Positions 39,616 through 49,160 of a stretch of 64,000 nt of DNA are shown here, in pieces. The translations under genes were made by a program, and so were the position numbers. The number at the start of each line of letters is the position of its first letter. Positions within the stretch are counted from its first letter, which is position 1. The notes below the pieces were generated by a model that saw only the letters and a program-made list of their open reading frames with translations, was not told where the DNA came from and ran no database searches. The DNA comes from Planctomycetota bacterium (GTDB lineage Bacteria; Planctomycetota; B15-G4), in the NCBI GenBank assembly GCA_965248575.1, contig CBDFJQ010000002.1, forward strand, positions 3,072,001 through 3,136,000, in the 5' to 3' direction.

Positions 39616-41139
39616 ATGCAGAGATCCCACGCCACCCATCTTCGGATGCTGACCTCAGCTCTTCTGCTGGGCTCCATCTTCGTGGGCCTGTCCTCCGTCG
39701 CACAAGCACATGGCTCACGCTGCTACCAGTTCCCATCGGATGTCGACCCTACATGCACAGGGTCCATGGTGGCGCCACCCATCAACCCGGGCCCTGTCTC
39801 GAAGCCCGCCGAAGACGCCCGTCTGGACGCTGTCCGAACTGACATCGCCGAACGGCGCTTCGCAGCCGCAGAACGCACCCTGTGGGCCATGAGCGAGGAG
39901 ATCGCGCTCTCGTCCACGGATGACATCAGCGTGCGTGTGCTCCTGGGTGGGCTGCTGCTCGATAGCGGTCGACCTGCTGACGCTTTGGAGATCGCCACGC
40001 CTCTCGACCTCGTGGACACCTACGACGCGCAGCTCCTGCTCGGACGCGCGTACACGGCCACTGGACACGACCTCGCGCAACAAGGCGCCGCCGCCGAGGA
40101 CGTGAGCTTCCACCACGAGCTCGCACTCGCTCCCTTGGAACGCGCGGTAGAACTCGCCCCGGCCGGCGACGGCACGGCAGCCGTGGATGCACTCAACGTG
40201 CGCCTCTACACCCTGGGCGACGTCAACGGCGCCTTGGCCTTCGCCGACCAGCTGCTGGAGAACGCCTTCGCCACCACCGAGGGCGCGATCGACACGCAAG
40301 CCAGCGGTGCAGGCGAAGTCCAGCTCCTGCGCGGCTGCGCCCGGGGCTACGCCTACTGGGACGCGGCCCAGTCCGGCGATGCAGACTCCGCCAAACTCCT
40401 CTGGCAACGGGCCGTGGACGACCTGCGCGCTGCCCAGACGCGGCTCGCCGACGAACGCAGCGAACCCTGGATCCAGCTTGCGTGGCTGGGGCTGCAAGAA
40501 CAGGGAGACATCGACCAGGCTCTCGCGGATGCCCGGGAAGCGGCGCTCCGAGGTGCCCCCGCCCCGCTCCTGGACGTGGCCTCCGTCAGCGCCGGCCGGG
40601 GCCTGAATGAGACGACCGCCCAAGCCCTGCTGAGCCTCGTGGAGGGATCGGCCCAGGGACAAGACCTCTCGCTGCTGGTGGGCGCACGAGACGACCGCCG
40701 AGCGCTCAGCGAACGCCTCTCTTTTGCCGTGCTCAGCAGTGACTCGACGCTCGAGCAGGCGCGCAGGATCCACGCCGCCCTGAGCGCGGCCAGCACGGAG
40801 AGCGGCGCTGTCTGGAACAACTACGCCCTGCTCTGCCGCGACACAGGCGCCTACACCGAGTCCTACAAGGCATACGTTCAGGCGCTGCAGATCACGGGCC
40901 CAGACCCGCGGCTGCTCAACGACACGGCCCTCGTGCTGCACTACCACCTCATGGGTGAGGACGCCGAGCTGGCGGCACAGGCTCGCGGCCTCTACCTCCA
41001 GGCCATCGACCTGGCTCAGCAGACCCTCGCGGAACAGCCTGTCGACCCCGGCCAGAAGCAGGATCTCGAGAGCGCCCTCACAGACGCACGCAACAACCTC
41101 GCCCTGCTGGATGCCCAAGCGGCGGCACCCGGGGACTGA
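39616..41139 (+). CDS. Secreted TPR-repeat protein
   Basis: GAGGAG RBS; signal peptide ending AQA; TPR helices (VWNNYALLCRD.G.Y.ES, LLNDTAL). Confidence 0.75.
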   Translation: MQRSHATHLRMLTSALLLGSIFVGLSSVAQAHGSRCYQFPSDVDPTCTGSMVAPPINPGPVSKPAEDARLDAVRTDIAERRFAAAERTLWAMSEEIALSSTDDISVRVLLGGLLLDSGRPADALEIATPLDLVDTYDAQLLLGRAYTATGHDLAQQGAAAEDVSFHHELALAPLERAVELAPAGDGTAAVDALNVRLYTLGDVNGALAFADQLLENAFATTEGAIDTQASGAGEVQLLRGCARGYAYWDAAQSGDADSAKLLWQRAVDDLRAAQTRLADERSEPWIQLAWLGLQEQGDIDQALADAREAALRGAPAPLLDVASVSAGRGLNETTAQALLSLVEGSAQGQDLSLLVGARDDRRALSERLSFAVLSSDSTLEQARRIHAALSAASTESGAVWNNYALLCRDTGAYTESYKAYVQALQITGPDPRLLNDTALVLHYHLMGEDAELAAQARGLYLQAIDLAQQTLAEQPVDPGQKQDLESALTDARNNLALLDAQAAAPGD

Positions 41140-41196
41140 GCGCACCCCGAAACGGTGCCCTTCACGACGGCGCGTCGAGCAGTAGACTTCTCGGCC

Positions 41197-42888
41197 ATGA
41201 GCCTAGAACCGCCGCGTCACGATCGCCTCGTCTCCACCCTCCTGCGCGACCAGGCCGCCGAGCGCCCGGACAAGGAGGCGCTGGTCTATCCGGCCTTCAC
41301 GCAGGGCGGGCAGGCGCTCCGCCTGAGCTTCTCGCAGCTCGACGCGCAGGTCGACCGGCTGGCCAAGGGTTGCCTGGCGTTGGGGCTCCGGCGAGGTGAG
41401 CACGTCGCAGTGTGGGCGGGGAACGTCCCGTCCTGGGTTCCGCTGGAGTTCGCCCTGGCACGGATCGGCGCCGTGCTCGTCACCGTCAACACCTCCCTGC
41501 AACAAGAGGAGGTGGCCTATGTGCTCGAGCAGAGCCACGCCGTTGCGGTGATCCACACCACGTGCAACGGCAGCACGGAAGCCAGCGTCACCTTGGACTC
41601 CTTGATCGAAGGCCAGGGAACAAGCGAGACGACTCCCGCCCTGGACAACCTGCGCCTACGGCTCTGGATGCCGAGCCTGTCGGGAGAGGAAGCGCCCCTG
41701 CTCAAGGCGCCACGGGGCGGAGAAGCTACGAACCTCGACGACCTCCTGGCGCGCGGCGAATCCATCTCGCTCGACGAGGTGCGGCGCCGGGAGGACTCCC
41801 TCGACCCGATGGATGTCATCAACATCCAATACACCTCGGGCACGACGGGCTTTCCCAAGGGCGTCATGCTCAGCCACGTCAACATGATGACCAGCGCCTA
41901 CGCCCTGGGTGACGAGATTGAGCTCACCCATGACGACCGCGTGGTGCTCATGGTGCCGCTCTTCCATTGCTTCGGCTGCGTGGTCGCCGTGCTGGGAACC
42001 TACACCTTCGGCGCCAGCTTGCACTGCCTGCCCGCCTTCGACCCGGGCCACGTGTTGCGCCTCATCCACGAAGAACGCTGCACCGTGATCCACGGCGTCC
42101 CCACCATGTACGGCGCCATGCTTGCCCACCCCGATCGCGCCCAGTACGACACCAGCAGCTTGCGCACAGGACTCGCCGCCGGGGCCCCCTGCCCCGTACC
42201 GCTCATGCACGCCATCGCTGAGGACCTGCAGTGCGAGGGGATTCTGGTGGCCTACGGCCTCACGGAAGCAGCCCCCGGTGTCTCTGGCTGCAGGCCCGAC
42301 GACAGCTTTGAAGCGCGCAGCGAGACCATTGGCCGCCCCATCCATGCCGTGGACGTTCGCATCGCGGACCCGGCCACCCACGAGGCGCTTCCCGACGGCG
42401 AGGAAGGGGAGCTCCAGGTGCACGGACCCAACATCATGGTGGGCTATCACGACGACCCGGAGGCAACTGCCGCGGCCATGACACCGGACGGCTGGTTGCG
42501 CACCGGTGATTTGGGAGTCCGCGGCGAAGACGGGCTGCTGCGCGTCGTCGGCCGCATCAAGGACATCATCATTCGCGGCGGCGAGAACATCGCACCGGCG
42601 GAGATCGAGAACCTGCTCCGCGCTCACCCGGACATCGTGGACGCAGCCGTGGTGGGCATCCCTGACGAGACCTTCGGCGAAGAGGTCGCCGCCGCGCTGC
42701 GTCTCGCCCCGGGCGCGGCCCTCGACATCGGCAGCTACGAAGCGCTGCTCGAAGGACGCATCGCTGGCTTCAAGCAACCCAAGGGCTATCACGTCTTCGA
42801 GGCCTTCCCCCTGACGGGCTCCGGGAAGGTGAAGAAGTTCCAGATCTGCAAGTGGATCGCGTCCGGCGACGGCGACCTCGCCGGCTAG
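41197..42888 (+). CDS. AMP-dependent acyl-CoA synthetase
   Basis: YTSGTTGFPKG, PLFHCFG, YGLTE, GWLRTGD, GRIKD, SGKVKK. Confidence 0.95.
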   Translation: MSLEPPRHDRLVSTLLRDQAAERPDKEALVYPAFTQGGQALRLSFSQLDAQVDRLAKGCLALGLRRGEHVAVWAGNVPSWVPLEFALARIGAVLVTVNTSLQQEEVAYVLEQSHAVAVIHTTCNGSTEASVTLDSLIEGQGTSETTPALDNLRLRLWMPSLSGEEAPLLKAPRGGEATNLDDLLARGESISLDEVRRREDSLDPMDVINIQYTSGTTGFPKGVMLSHVNMMTSAYALGDEIELTHDDRVVLMVPLFHCFGCVVAVLGTYTFGASLHCLPAFDPGHVLRLIHEERCTVIHGVPTMYGAMLAHPDRAQYDTSSLRTGLAAGAPCPVPLMHAIAEDLQCEGILVAYGLTEAAPGVSGCRPDDSFEARSETIGRPIHAVDVRIADPATHEALPDGEEGELQVHGPNIMVGYHDDPEATAAAMTPDGWLRTGDLGVRGEDGLLRVVGRIKDIIIRGGENIAPAEIENLLRAHPDIVDAAVVGIPDETFGEEVAAALRLAPGAALDIGSYEALLEGRIAGFKQPKGYHVFEAFPLTGSGKVKKFQICKWIASGDGDLAG

Positions 42889-42942
42889 TCGACCCGCAGC
42901 ACGAGGCGAACCGCAACGCCGGCCCCACGTCTCGGGCCCTGA

Positions 42943-43539
42943 TCAAGAGTCGACGGACACCCGCAAGTCGAGGGTGCTGAAGGCGCGAAGGGGAGCCGCA
43001 TCCTGCACGGCTATCAGGCTCTGCACGATGACCCGGTCGTGTTCGCTCTCCGGCAGAAAGCCCCACTGGTCCAATCCGCTGAGCGAACCACCCAACAAAC
43101 CCACCAGCTTCGGCAGCGTGTTGGCGTGGGCTGCCACGACGGCGAACCCACCGCCCGCGGATGACTCCAGCCGCGTGGCCAGTGCTTGGGGGTCGCGAGC
43201 CCCATATTCCTGGACCTCGAGCCCGAACTGCTCTGCCAGGGGCTGCATGCTTTCCTTGGTCCGCCGCAGCTCGGTGGCGAAGACCTGTGTGACGGGGCAA
43301 GCCTTCAGCAGTTGCGCGAGCCCCGCGGCACGCTGCTCGCCCCGCACCGACAAGCCCGGGTCGTTCGATGCCGGGCCCTCCATTTCGCAGTGCCGCACGA
43401 ACACGACGGTGCCGAAGCGCGGAGCCGCGATGGGCTCCTGCTGCGCGATCTTGCTGCGCAACAGCGTTGGTGTCGCCAAGAGGCCTACGGAGAGAAGACC
43501 AAGGGCACTGCGGCGGGTGGTGGAGGCAGGAATCGTCAC
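42943..43539 (-). CDS. Histidine phosphatase (SixA/PGM-like) with Tat signal
   Basis: TTRRSALGLL twin-Arg signal; VFVRHCE, DPGLS..G..RA, RTKES, AHANT. Confidence 0.8.
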   Translation of the reverse strand: MTIPASTTRRSALGLLSVGLLATPTLLRSKIAQQEPIAAPRFGTVVFVRHCEMEGPASNDPGLSVRGEQRAAGLAQLLKACPVTQVFATELRRTKESMQPLAEQFGLEVQEYGARDPQALATRLESSAGGGFAVVAAHANTLPKLVGLLGGSLSGLDQWGFLPESEHDRVIVQSLIAVQDAAPLRAFSTLDLRVSVDS

Positions 43540-43630
43540 GGCAGCGTCTCGCTCGGTTTGGCGTCGGCTTGACCTCATGCCAAGCCCACACCTCCAACGC
43601 AATGCCGCGCGCGATCGAACGCAAGATCCG

Positions 43631-43828
43631 TCAGTTTGAGGGTTCGTCGAAGTAGAGGATCAACTTCTTGGGCACCCCGTCGTCATAGGTGTCGTCGCTG
43701 GCCTCCCAGCTCGACACGACGCGGCCTTGGTCACCCATCGCCTTGCACTTCGTTGCGATCTCCTCCATGGCCTTGTAGGCCTCGGTGGTCGTCGAGAAGG
43801 GGATCGCCGTCACACGTTTGAGTGGCAT
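43631..43828 (-). CDS. Small hypothetical protein (65 aa)
   Basis: ATG start, GC3-biased codons, co-directional immediately after lipoprotein gene. Confidence 0.6.
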   Translation of the reverse strand: MPLKRVTAIPFSTTTEAYKAMEEIATKCKAMGDQGRVVSSWEASDDTYDDGVPKKLILYFDEPSN

Positions 43829-43861
43829 GTCATCGTCCGTTGGAAACTGGGGGAAGAAGCC

Positions 43862-44926
43862 CTACTCAAGAGCATTGATCAACTTCTGGAGCTGCTCCTG
43901 CTCGCCGGTGCCAAAGGTACCGCGCTGCGCCTCGAGCGCATTGGACAGTTGCGTCTGCTGGGCCGAGAGACCCAAACCGTCGAAGCCGGAGATAGCAGGG
44001 ATCAACCCCTCGTCTTGCGACACCTTGTATGCCTCCTTGAGCTTGGCCGCGTCGGTGCTGCGCTTGGCCTTGCCGACAGCAACATCCAGGAGAGTCTGGA
44101 CCTCGGCCGCCAGCTCGTTCTGCGTATTCTGGAAGGTGGGGTCCATGCGCTCGTACATCGCCTTGCGGATGTCCTGGCGCATGGCGAGCAAGGTGGCGGC
44201 CTTGCCCGTGGCGAAATACTGCGTGAAGTTCAACTGAACGTCGGCATCGGCAGCCTTGGCGTTGGCTGCAGCGTTCGCGACGGCCAGGAACGAAGGCATC
44301 TTCACCATGTACTTCGCGCCGAGCTTCTCAATCGAAACGGGTGCAAGAGCCAGTTCCTTGCGCATGTAGCCGGCTTGCAACGACGTCGGATACGGCGACC
44401 CCGCCTGCCCGCTGTAGCCCACCTTCAACCCGAGAGTGCTGTCAGTCCCGAAGAACAAGGGCCTGATGCTTCCCGGCTCCAGGAGTTTGTCGGGGAGGAA
44501 CCAAGAATCCACCGGCTTGGTGTCCAACTCTTCTGCGGAGTCATAGGGAGCGATGGCGTTCTCCACTCCCTTGTCGCCGCTGATGCTGGCAAGTTTCTGG
44601 GGGTCTGGATCGTTGTAGAGCGCCGCCATGGCGATGGCTGCGTCGCCACCCGTGAAAGTGGACGAAGCCCCCAAGAAGAAGCGAGAAAAGGCGTTGGAGT
44701 CCGAGCTGAAGCTCGACATCAGCGGCACTGTCTTGCCGTTCTCGAAGGTCGGAGCAATGGCGCCCTCCCGGCGAGCGATGCTGATCTCAGCCGTGGGCGG
44801 CGTCGCGTCGAAATCCAGGCCCACGTTGCTCTTCGTGACGAAGAGCGCGCGGTTGTAGCCGATCCCACAGGCTGGCAAGAGCAACGCGAGACCGAACAAA
44901 GCGAGACAAGCTGTCTTCATCTGCAT
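43862..44926 (-). CDS. Uncharacterised lipoprotein with internally duplicated beta-rich domain
   Basis: Lipobox LLPA-C; two copies of LF.T...GL...R.E...AP...F..G.AA; helical C-terminus. Confidence 0.8.
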   Translation of the reverse strand: MQMKTACLALFGLALLLPACGIGYNRALFVTKSNVGLDFDATPPTAEISIARREGAIAPTFENGKTVPLMSSFSSDSNAFSRFFLGASSTFTGGDAAIAMAALYNDPDPQKLASISGDKGVENAIAPYDSAEELDTKPVDSWFLPDKLLEPGSIRPLFFGTDSTLGLKVGYSGQAGSPYPTSLQAGYMRKELALAPVSIEKLGAKYMVKMPSFLAVANAAANAKAADADVQLNFTQYFATGKAATLLAMRQDIRKAMYERMDPTFQNTQNELAAEVQTLLDVAVGKAKRSTDAAKLKEAYKVSQDEGLIPAISGFDGLGLSAQQTQLSNALEAQRGTFGTGEQEQLQKLINALE

Positions 44927-44978
44927 GTCATTCCCCAGAGTCACTGCCACGGTCTGCCCGTGGCGATTCGAATGTCTA

Positions 44979-45332
44979 TCACGGGTCCGACGGGTTCAAC
45001 AACTCGACAGGGAACTCCGTCCCCACCCGCACTTCCAAGAGATCAGAGCTCGGCCAGTCGAGGCGGAACTTCGTGTTCGCGTTCGTCACGCGCAGTTGCG
45101 TGTTCCTGTTCCATCCGGCCATGACGAACCAGGGCGAGCCCAAGCCCAACCCCAAGCCCAGCATGTCCGTGCTCTGCCCGATGGCGCGCACGCCCTCGGA
45201 CTCAGGGCTGACGCGCATGCGCATATGACCGAAGCCGAAGAGATGCTCAGTGCCTGTGTCCGGGTCGAAGTATCGGATGGCACAGGACGGGAGGACGGCA
45301 GCCACAAGCAGCGCGACGCACAGGAAGCGCAC
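44979..45332 (-). CDS. Small uncharacterised beta-rich lipoprotein
   Basis: GAAGGGA upstream of GTG 45332; lipobox VLPS-C; start could alternatively be ATG 45377. Confidence 0.7.
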   Translation of the reverse strand: MRFLCVALLVAAVLPSCAIRYFDPDTGTEHLFGFGHMRMRVSPESEGVRAIGQSTDMLGLGLGLGSPWFVMAGWNRNTQLRVTNANTKFRLDWPSSDLLEVRVGTEFPVELLNPSDP

Positions 45333-45554
45333 ACGTCGACATCCCTTCGGACGCAACAACCCACGACGGCCACCCATCTGAAACCCCCAGGCAATCGGGA
45401 CTTCAGGCAGCAGCTCCCTCGGCGACGGCCTCCAGCCCCTCAGCCTGAGAACCCTAGGCGAGATGGCCAGATTCGTCCAGCCGTCGGATGCTCCCACTGG
45501 CGGGAACACATATTCCCACCCATGGATCCCCGGCTGATCTGTCGAACGGGCCCC

Positions 45555-47528
45555 TCAGATCAACTCGGCGTCCGTCATGACTTCCACCAGGCTCGGGCCG
45601 TCGTGCGCCAAGGCCGTCTTCAAGGCCTCCTCCAGCTGATCAAGTCGCTCGACCCTCAGACCCAAGGCACCGCAGTTCTCGGCGAACTTCGAGAAGTTGG
45701 GGTTCACGAGCGATGTCTGCCACACGTCGAACTCGGCGTTGCGTTGCTCCTTGCTGATCTTGCCCAGCTCGCAGTTGTTGAGCAGCACGTGCGTGATGTT
45801 CATGCCGTACTTCACGGCCGTGGTGATCTCGCCCATGTACTGGCCAAAGCCACCGTCGCCGCTGATGGAGACGACCTTGCGAGTGTCGCCCACCGCGGCC
45901 CACGCCCCCATGGCAGCAGAGAACCCGAAGCCGATGGAGCCGAGGTAACCCGACATGAGCACCGCTTGCCGCTTGCACTCGAAGTAGCGGCCGAAGCTGT
46001 ACGTGTTGTTGCCCACGTCCACGGGCATCACCGCATCCTCGGGGACCAAGCGTTGGAGTGCTGCGAAGAGCGCGGCCGAATTCACGCCCTTGCCCAGGTC
46101 ATCCACAACGCGGCTCGCCTTCTCCTCACGCCAAAGGCGCCAGCGCTCCGCCAGCTCCTCACGCGGATCGGCCGCCTGGTGCCCATCGAGTCGACCCCTG
46201 AGCAGCTTGGCGGTGACGCCGATCTCACCCCACATGGGGAGATCCACGGGATGGCCCTTGCCCAGCGCCATGGCATCGAAATCCACCTGGATGATGGGCT
46301 TCTTGGCCGAGATGCCGGTGTGATTGCTGAACGACGCGCCGAAGACCAGCAGCAGGTCCGCCTCGTTCATGAACCAGCTGGCGATGGGCGTGCCGCTGCG
46401 CCCCAGGACACCTCCCGCGAGGGGGTGGTCGTCCGGGATGAGCCCCTTGCCCTTGAAAGTCGTGATGATCGGGGCGTTCACGCTCTCCGCGAGGGCCACC
46501 ACGGCGTCCATTTCGAAACGCGCCCCATGGCCAACCACGATCAACGGCCGCTGCGCAGCTCGCAGCCGCTTCTCGGCTTCGTCCTGCGCGGCCACCGGCG
46601 GTGCGATCTGGGGCAGGCCCATGCGTCCCTTGGGCCCCGAGGCCTCTGCCCCTTCCTTGGCCGGCATGGGCTGCACTTCATCCGGAAAGATGAGGTGGCC
46701 GACGTCGCGCTTCAGGGTGGCGTGCTTCAGCGCCAAGGTCATGAGCTCGGCATGGTCGCTGTTCTGCAAGACCACTTGACTGAAGGCGGCCACCGGCGCA
46801 AAGGCCGTCTTGAGGTCCAGCTCCTGGAAGTTGCCGGGGCCCATGACCTGCGTCGCCACCTGCCCGGTCAGGGCAAGGATCGGGGCGCGGTCGACCTTGG
46901 CGTCCCAGAGGCCCGTCATCAGGTTCGTGGCGCCAGGACCGGCGATGCTCAGGCAGGCAGCGGGCTTGCCCGTGAGCTTGCCGTAGGCGCTCGCCGCGAA
47001 AGCAGCCGCCCCTTCGTGCCGCACACCGATGAACGTCAGCTTGCCCGCTTCTTCCTGGACGCGCAGGGCATCAGCCAGGCCCAGGTTGCTGTGCCCCACC
47101 ATTCCGAACACATGGGTCACGCCCCAATTGACCATGGTCTCCGCCATGACGTCCGAGACGCTGCGAACACGCGGCGCTTCTTCTTCCACGCCGACGTAGA
47201 TGCCGTCTTCCCTGTGCTCTACCTGGAAGGTCGGCACCCCATCCTCGTGTGAGCCTGGCGAACGGCCGGTACACGGGTGGAAGTCCCAACCGTGCCATGG
47301 GCAGCGCAACCAACCGTCCTCAATGCTGCCTTCACCGAGCGGCCCACCCTGGTGCGGACAGGCGTTGTCGATGGCGCAGTACTTGCCCTCAAAGTGACTC
47401 AGTGCCAGGTTCTGGTGCCCTGCCGTGACGCTGCGGACGCGCCCCTCGGGCAGTTCATCCGAGCCCAGGACGCGATGCCAGTTCACGACCATCTGCTTTC
47501 CCTCGCCCTGCTTCGATGCGTCCTTCAT
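45555..47528 (-). CDS. Rieske [2Fe-2S] domain fused to TPP-dependent pyruvate oxidase/acetolactate synthase-like enzyme
   Basis: CPHQGGPL...CPWHG Rieske motif; RHEGAAAF, GPGATN, FQE; GDGG...N TPP-binding motif; AGGAG RBS. Confidence 0.93.
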   Translation of the reverse strand: MKDASKQGEGKQMVVNWHRVLGSDELPEGRVRSVTAGHQNLALSHFEGKYCAIDNACPHQGGPLGEGSIEDGWLRCPWHGWDFHPCTGRSPGSHEDGVPTFQVEHREDGIYVGVEEEAPRVRSVSDVMAETMVNWGVTHVFGMVGHSNLGLADALRVQEEAGKLTFIGVRHEGAAAFAASAYGKLTGKPAACLSIAGPGATNLMTGLWDAKVDRAPILALTGQVATQVMGPGNFQELDLKTAFAPVAAFSQVVLQNSDHAELMTLALKHATLKRDVGHLIFPDEVQPMPAKEGAEASGPKGRMGLPQIAPPVAAQDEAEKRLRAAQRPLIVVGHGARFEMDAVVALAESVNAPIITTFKGKGLIPDDHPLAGGVLGRSGTPIASWFMNEADLLLVFGASFSNHTGISAKKPIIQVDFDAMALGKGHPVDLPMWGEIGVTAKLLRGRLDGHQAADPREELAERWRLWREEKASRVVDDLGKGVNSAALFAALQRLVPEDAVMPVDVGNNTYSFGRYFECKRQAVLMSGYLGSIGFGFSAAMGAWAAVGDTRKVVSISGDGGFGQYMGEITTAVKYGMNITHVLLNNCELGKISKEQRNAEFDVWQTSLVNPNFSKFAENCGALGLRVERLDQLEEALKTALAHDGPSLVEVMTDAELI

Positions 47529-47561
47529 GGCTGATGTCGCACTCCTGGGTGCGGCTTGGCT

Positions 47562-48560
47562 TCAGTACTTTGCCTGGGACTTCTTGAGCAGACTCGCGAA
47601 GTTGGCGTCCGCCTTGCGCTTCAGGTTGGCCGTGTCCTCATCCCAGCCATCGCGGGTGTCGTCGTACCAGGCGTTGAAGAACAGGTGCAGCTGGCCGTTG
47701 GTCATGCGGTAGGCCTCAGGGTCTACCTCGACCTTCTTGTTCCTGGCCCCCAGGGCGTAGGAGCACCAGCCGCCGTGCTGCGGCTCAAACCGCTCGGGGT
47801 TGGACAGGAAGGTCGTGCGGTTCTTCTCGCTCGCGAAGTAGTACAGCACCCCCCCGTGACGAAGGGAGTACTTCGACTTGCCTTCCTTTGGCTTGCTGCC
47901 ACCTTCCTTGAAGTAGCTCACCGGATCGTAGCCCTCGATGGCCAAGTCGTTCTTGCTGAGGTTGTAGTTGTCGATCGCGCGCCAGGTATCCGCCGACGCC
48001 TTGCGCGCGGACTCGCCTGTCATCGTCTTCCAGTTCTTGTCGGCCTTCTCCAAGGAGCTGCGCTCCTTGGGCACCCAATCCCCATCAAACTCGGCGTACT
48101 CTTTGTCTGCGAAGAGTAGAAGCCGACCCTCGCCGATCCGGTAGGCCGCTGGGTCGATCTTGTACTTGATGTTCTTCGCCATGGCGAAGCTGCACCATCC
48201 GCCGTGCGCGGGCTCGTAGGTCTCGGGCGAGGCCACGAAGGTGGCGCGATTCTCCTCGGTCGCGAATCGGTAGGTCGCACCCTGGTGGTTCAACGAGATG
48301 CTGGCGCTGCCCTTGCGAGGCGCGCCGCCGCCGATTTCGAAATAGGCCACCGGGTCGTAACCCTGGATGGCGAGAGTGTCCGAGCCCAGGTTGTAGTCAG
48401 CCACGGCTCGCTTGGCTTCCTGGGACGACGAGGCTGCGGGTCCGGCAGGAAATGCGCTGGCAGGCGCCGCACTTCCCAAGAGGGCGGTGGCGATGGCCAA
48501 TGCCGCAAATGCCGTACTGCAAACAGGGCGAAGGAAGTCGCCGAGGTGCTGGGTCTTCAT
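47562..48560 (-). CDS. Secreted tandem YHS-domain protein ((seleno)protein family, both copies Cys)
   Basis: Signal peptide; two copies of AI.GYDPV.YF...Y.FA.E.NR.TF...P..YEP.HGGWC; GAGGAG RBS. Confidence 0.9.
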   Translation of the reverse strand: MKTQHLGDFLRPVCSTAFAALAIATALLGSAAPASAFPAGPAASSSQEAKRAVADYNLGSDTLAIQGYDPVAYFEIGGGAPRKGSASISLNHQGATYRFATEENRATFVASPETYEPAHGGWCSFAMAKNIKYKIDPAAYRIGEGRLLLFADKEYAEFDGDWVPKERSSLEKADKNWKTMTGESARKASADTWRAIDNYNLSKNDLAIEGYDPVSYFKEGGSKPKEGKSKYSLRHGGVLYYFASEKNRTTFLSNPERFEPQHGGWCSYALGARNKKVEVDPEAYRMTNGQLHLFFNAWYDDTRDGWDEDTANLKRKADANFASLLKKSQAKY

Positions 48561-48633
48561 CGTGCTTCTCCTCGAAATGAACCAGGTGTCTGGCGGTCTC
48601 GCCAGCGCTGAGCCGGGTGCTCATGGCTCTCAC

Positions 48634-48660
48634 AGATGCTCGCCTAACGCGAGGGTTACG
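48634..48660 (-). promoter_or_regulatory. Putative ECF sigma promoter (left arm)
   Basis: Minus strand GTAAC-N15-GCATCT. Confidence 0.55.
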
Positions 48661-48720
48661 CGCACATGGCAATCTTGGGGCCGTCCCCAGTATTCTGTGC
48701 CCCCGAGAGTGAGAACGGGT

Positions 48721-48746
48721 GGAACGTGTGTCCCGGTCCCGCATCT
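48721..48746 (+). promoter_or_regulatory. Putative ECF sigma promoter (right arm)
   Basis: Plus strand GGAAC-N15-GCATCT, same spacing and -10 as the divergent site. Confidence 0.55.
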
Positions 48747-48848
48747 CATGGCGCTGACGCCCACGCGCGTGTCGCTATGGACCCGCAGCACGGCGGGGTG
48801 AGATGACGGCCCCAGGCACCCACTGCAGGTAGGAAACGCGAGCGACTC

Positions 48849-49160
48849 ATGCCAAGCCCGTTCGGACAATTCATCGTCACCATCGTCGTTCCAGCCATGG
48901 CCTGGGCGGCGCTCAGCTACTTCGCACTGGGCCTGGTGTTCGGGGTGGTGTTCGTATTCAAGGGAGCGGCCAAGCTGGATCCCCTCGCGAAAACGGGCAC
49001 CTGGGGTTTTCGCCTGGCCATCCTCCCGGGAGCCATCGCGCTCTGGTTCCCCATCCTGATGGCCAAGCGGAGGGGACGCCTCGGGCCGGAGGCTCAACGC
49101 ACGCCACACACTCTGCGTGTCCGCGTCCCTTCCGACGCAAGCTTGGCGGACAACGGCTGA
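48849..49160 (+). CDS. Small two-TM membrane protein
   Basis: Y..LG.VF...F...G...LDP.A.....GFRL.I.PG...LW.P pattern; TGATG coupling to next gene. Confidence 0.75.
   Translation: MPSPFGQFIVTIVVPAMAWAALSYFALGLVFGVVFVFKGAAKLDPLAKTGTWGFRLAILPGAIALWFPILMAKRRGRLGPEAQRTPHTLRVRVPSDASLADNG

Noticed and set aside
47562..48560. Second selenoprotein (YHS family)
   Set aside because: Both GGWC sites use TGC and the frame has no internal UGA.
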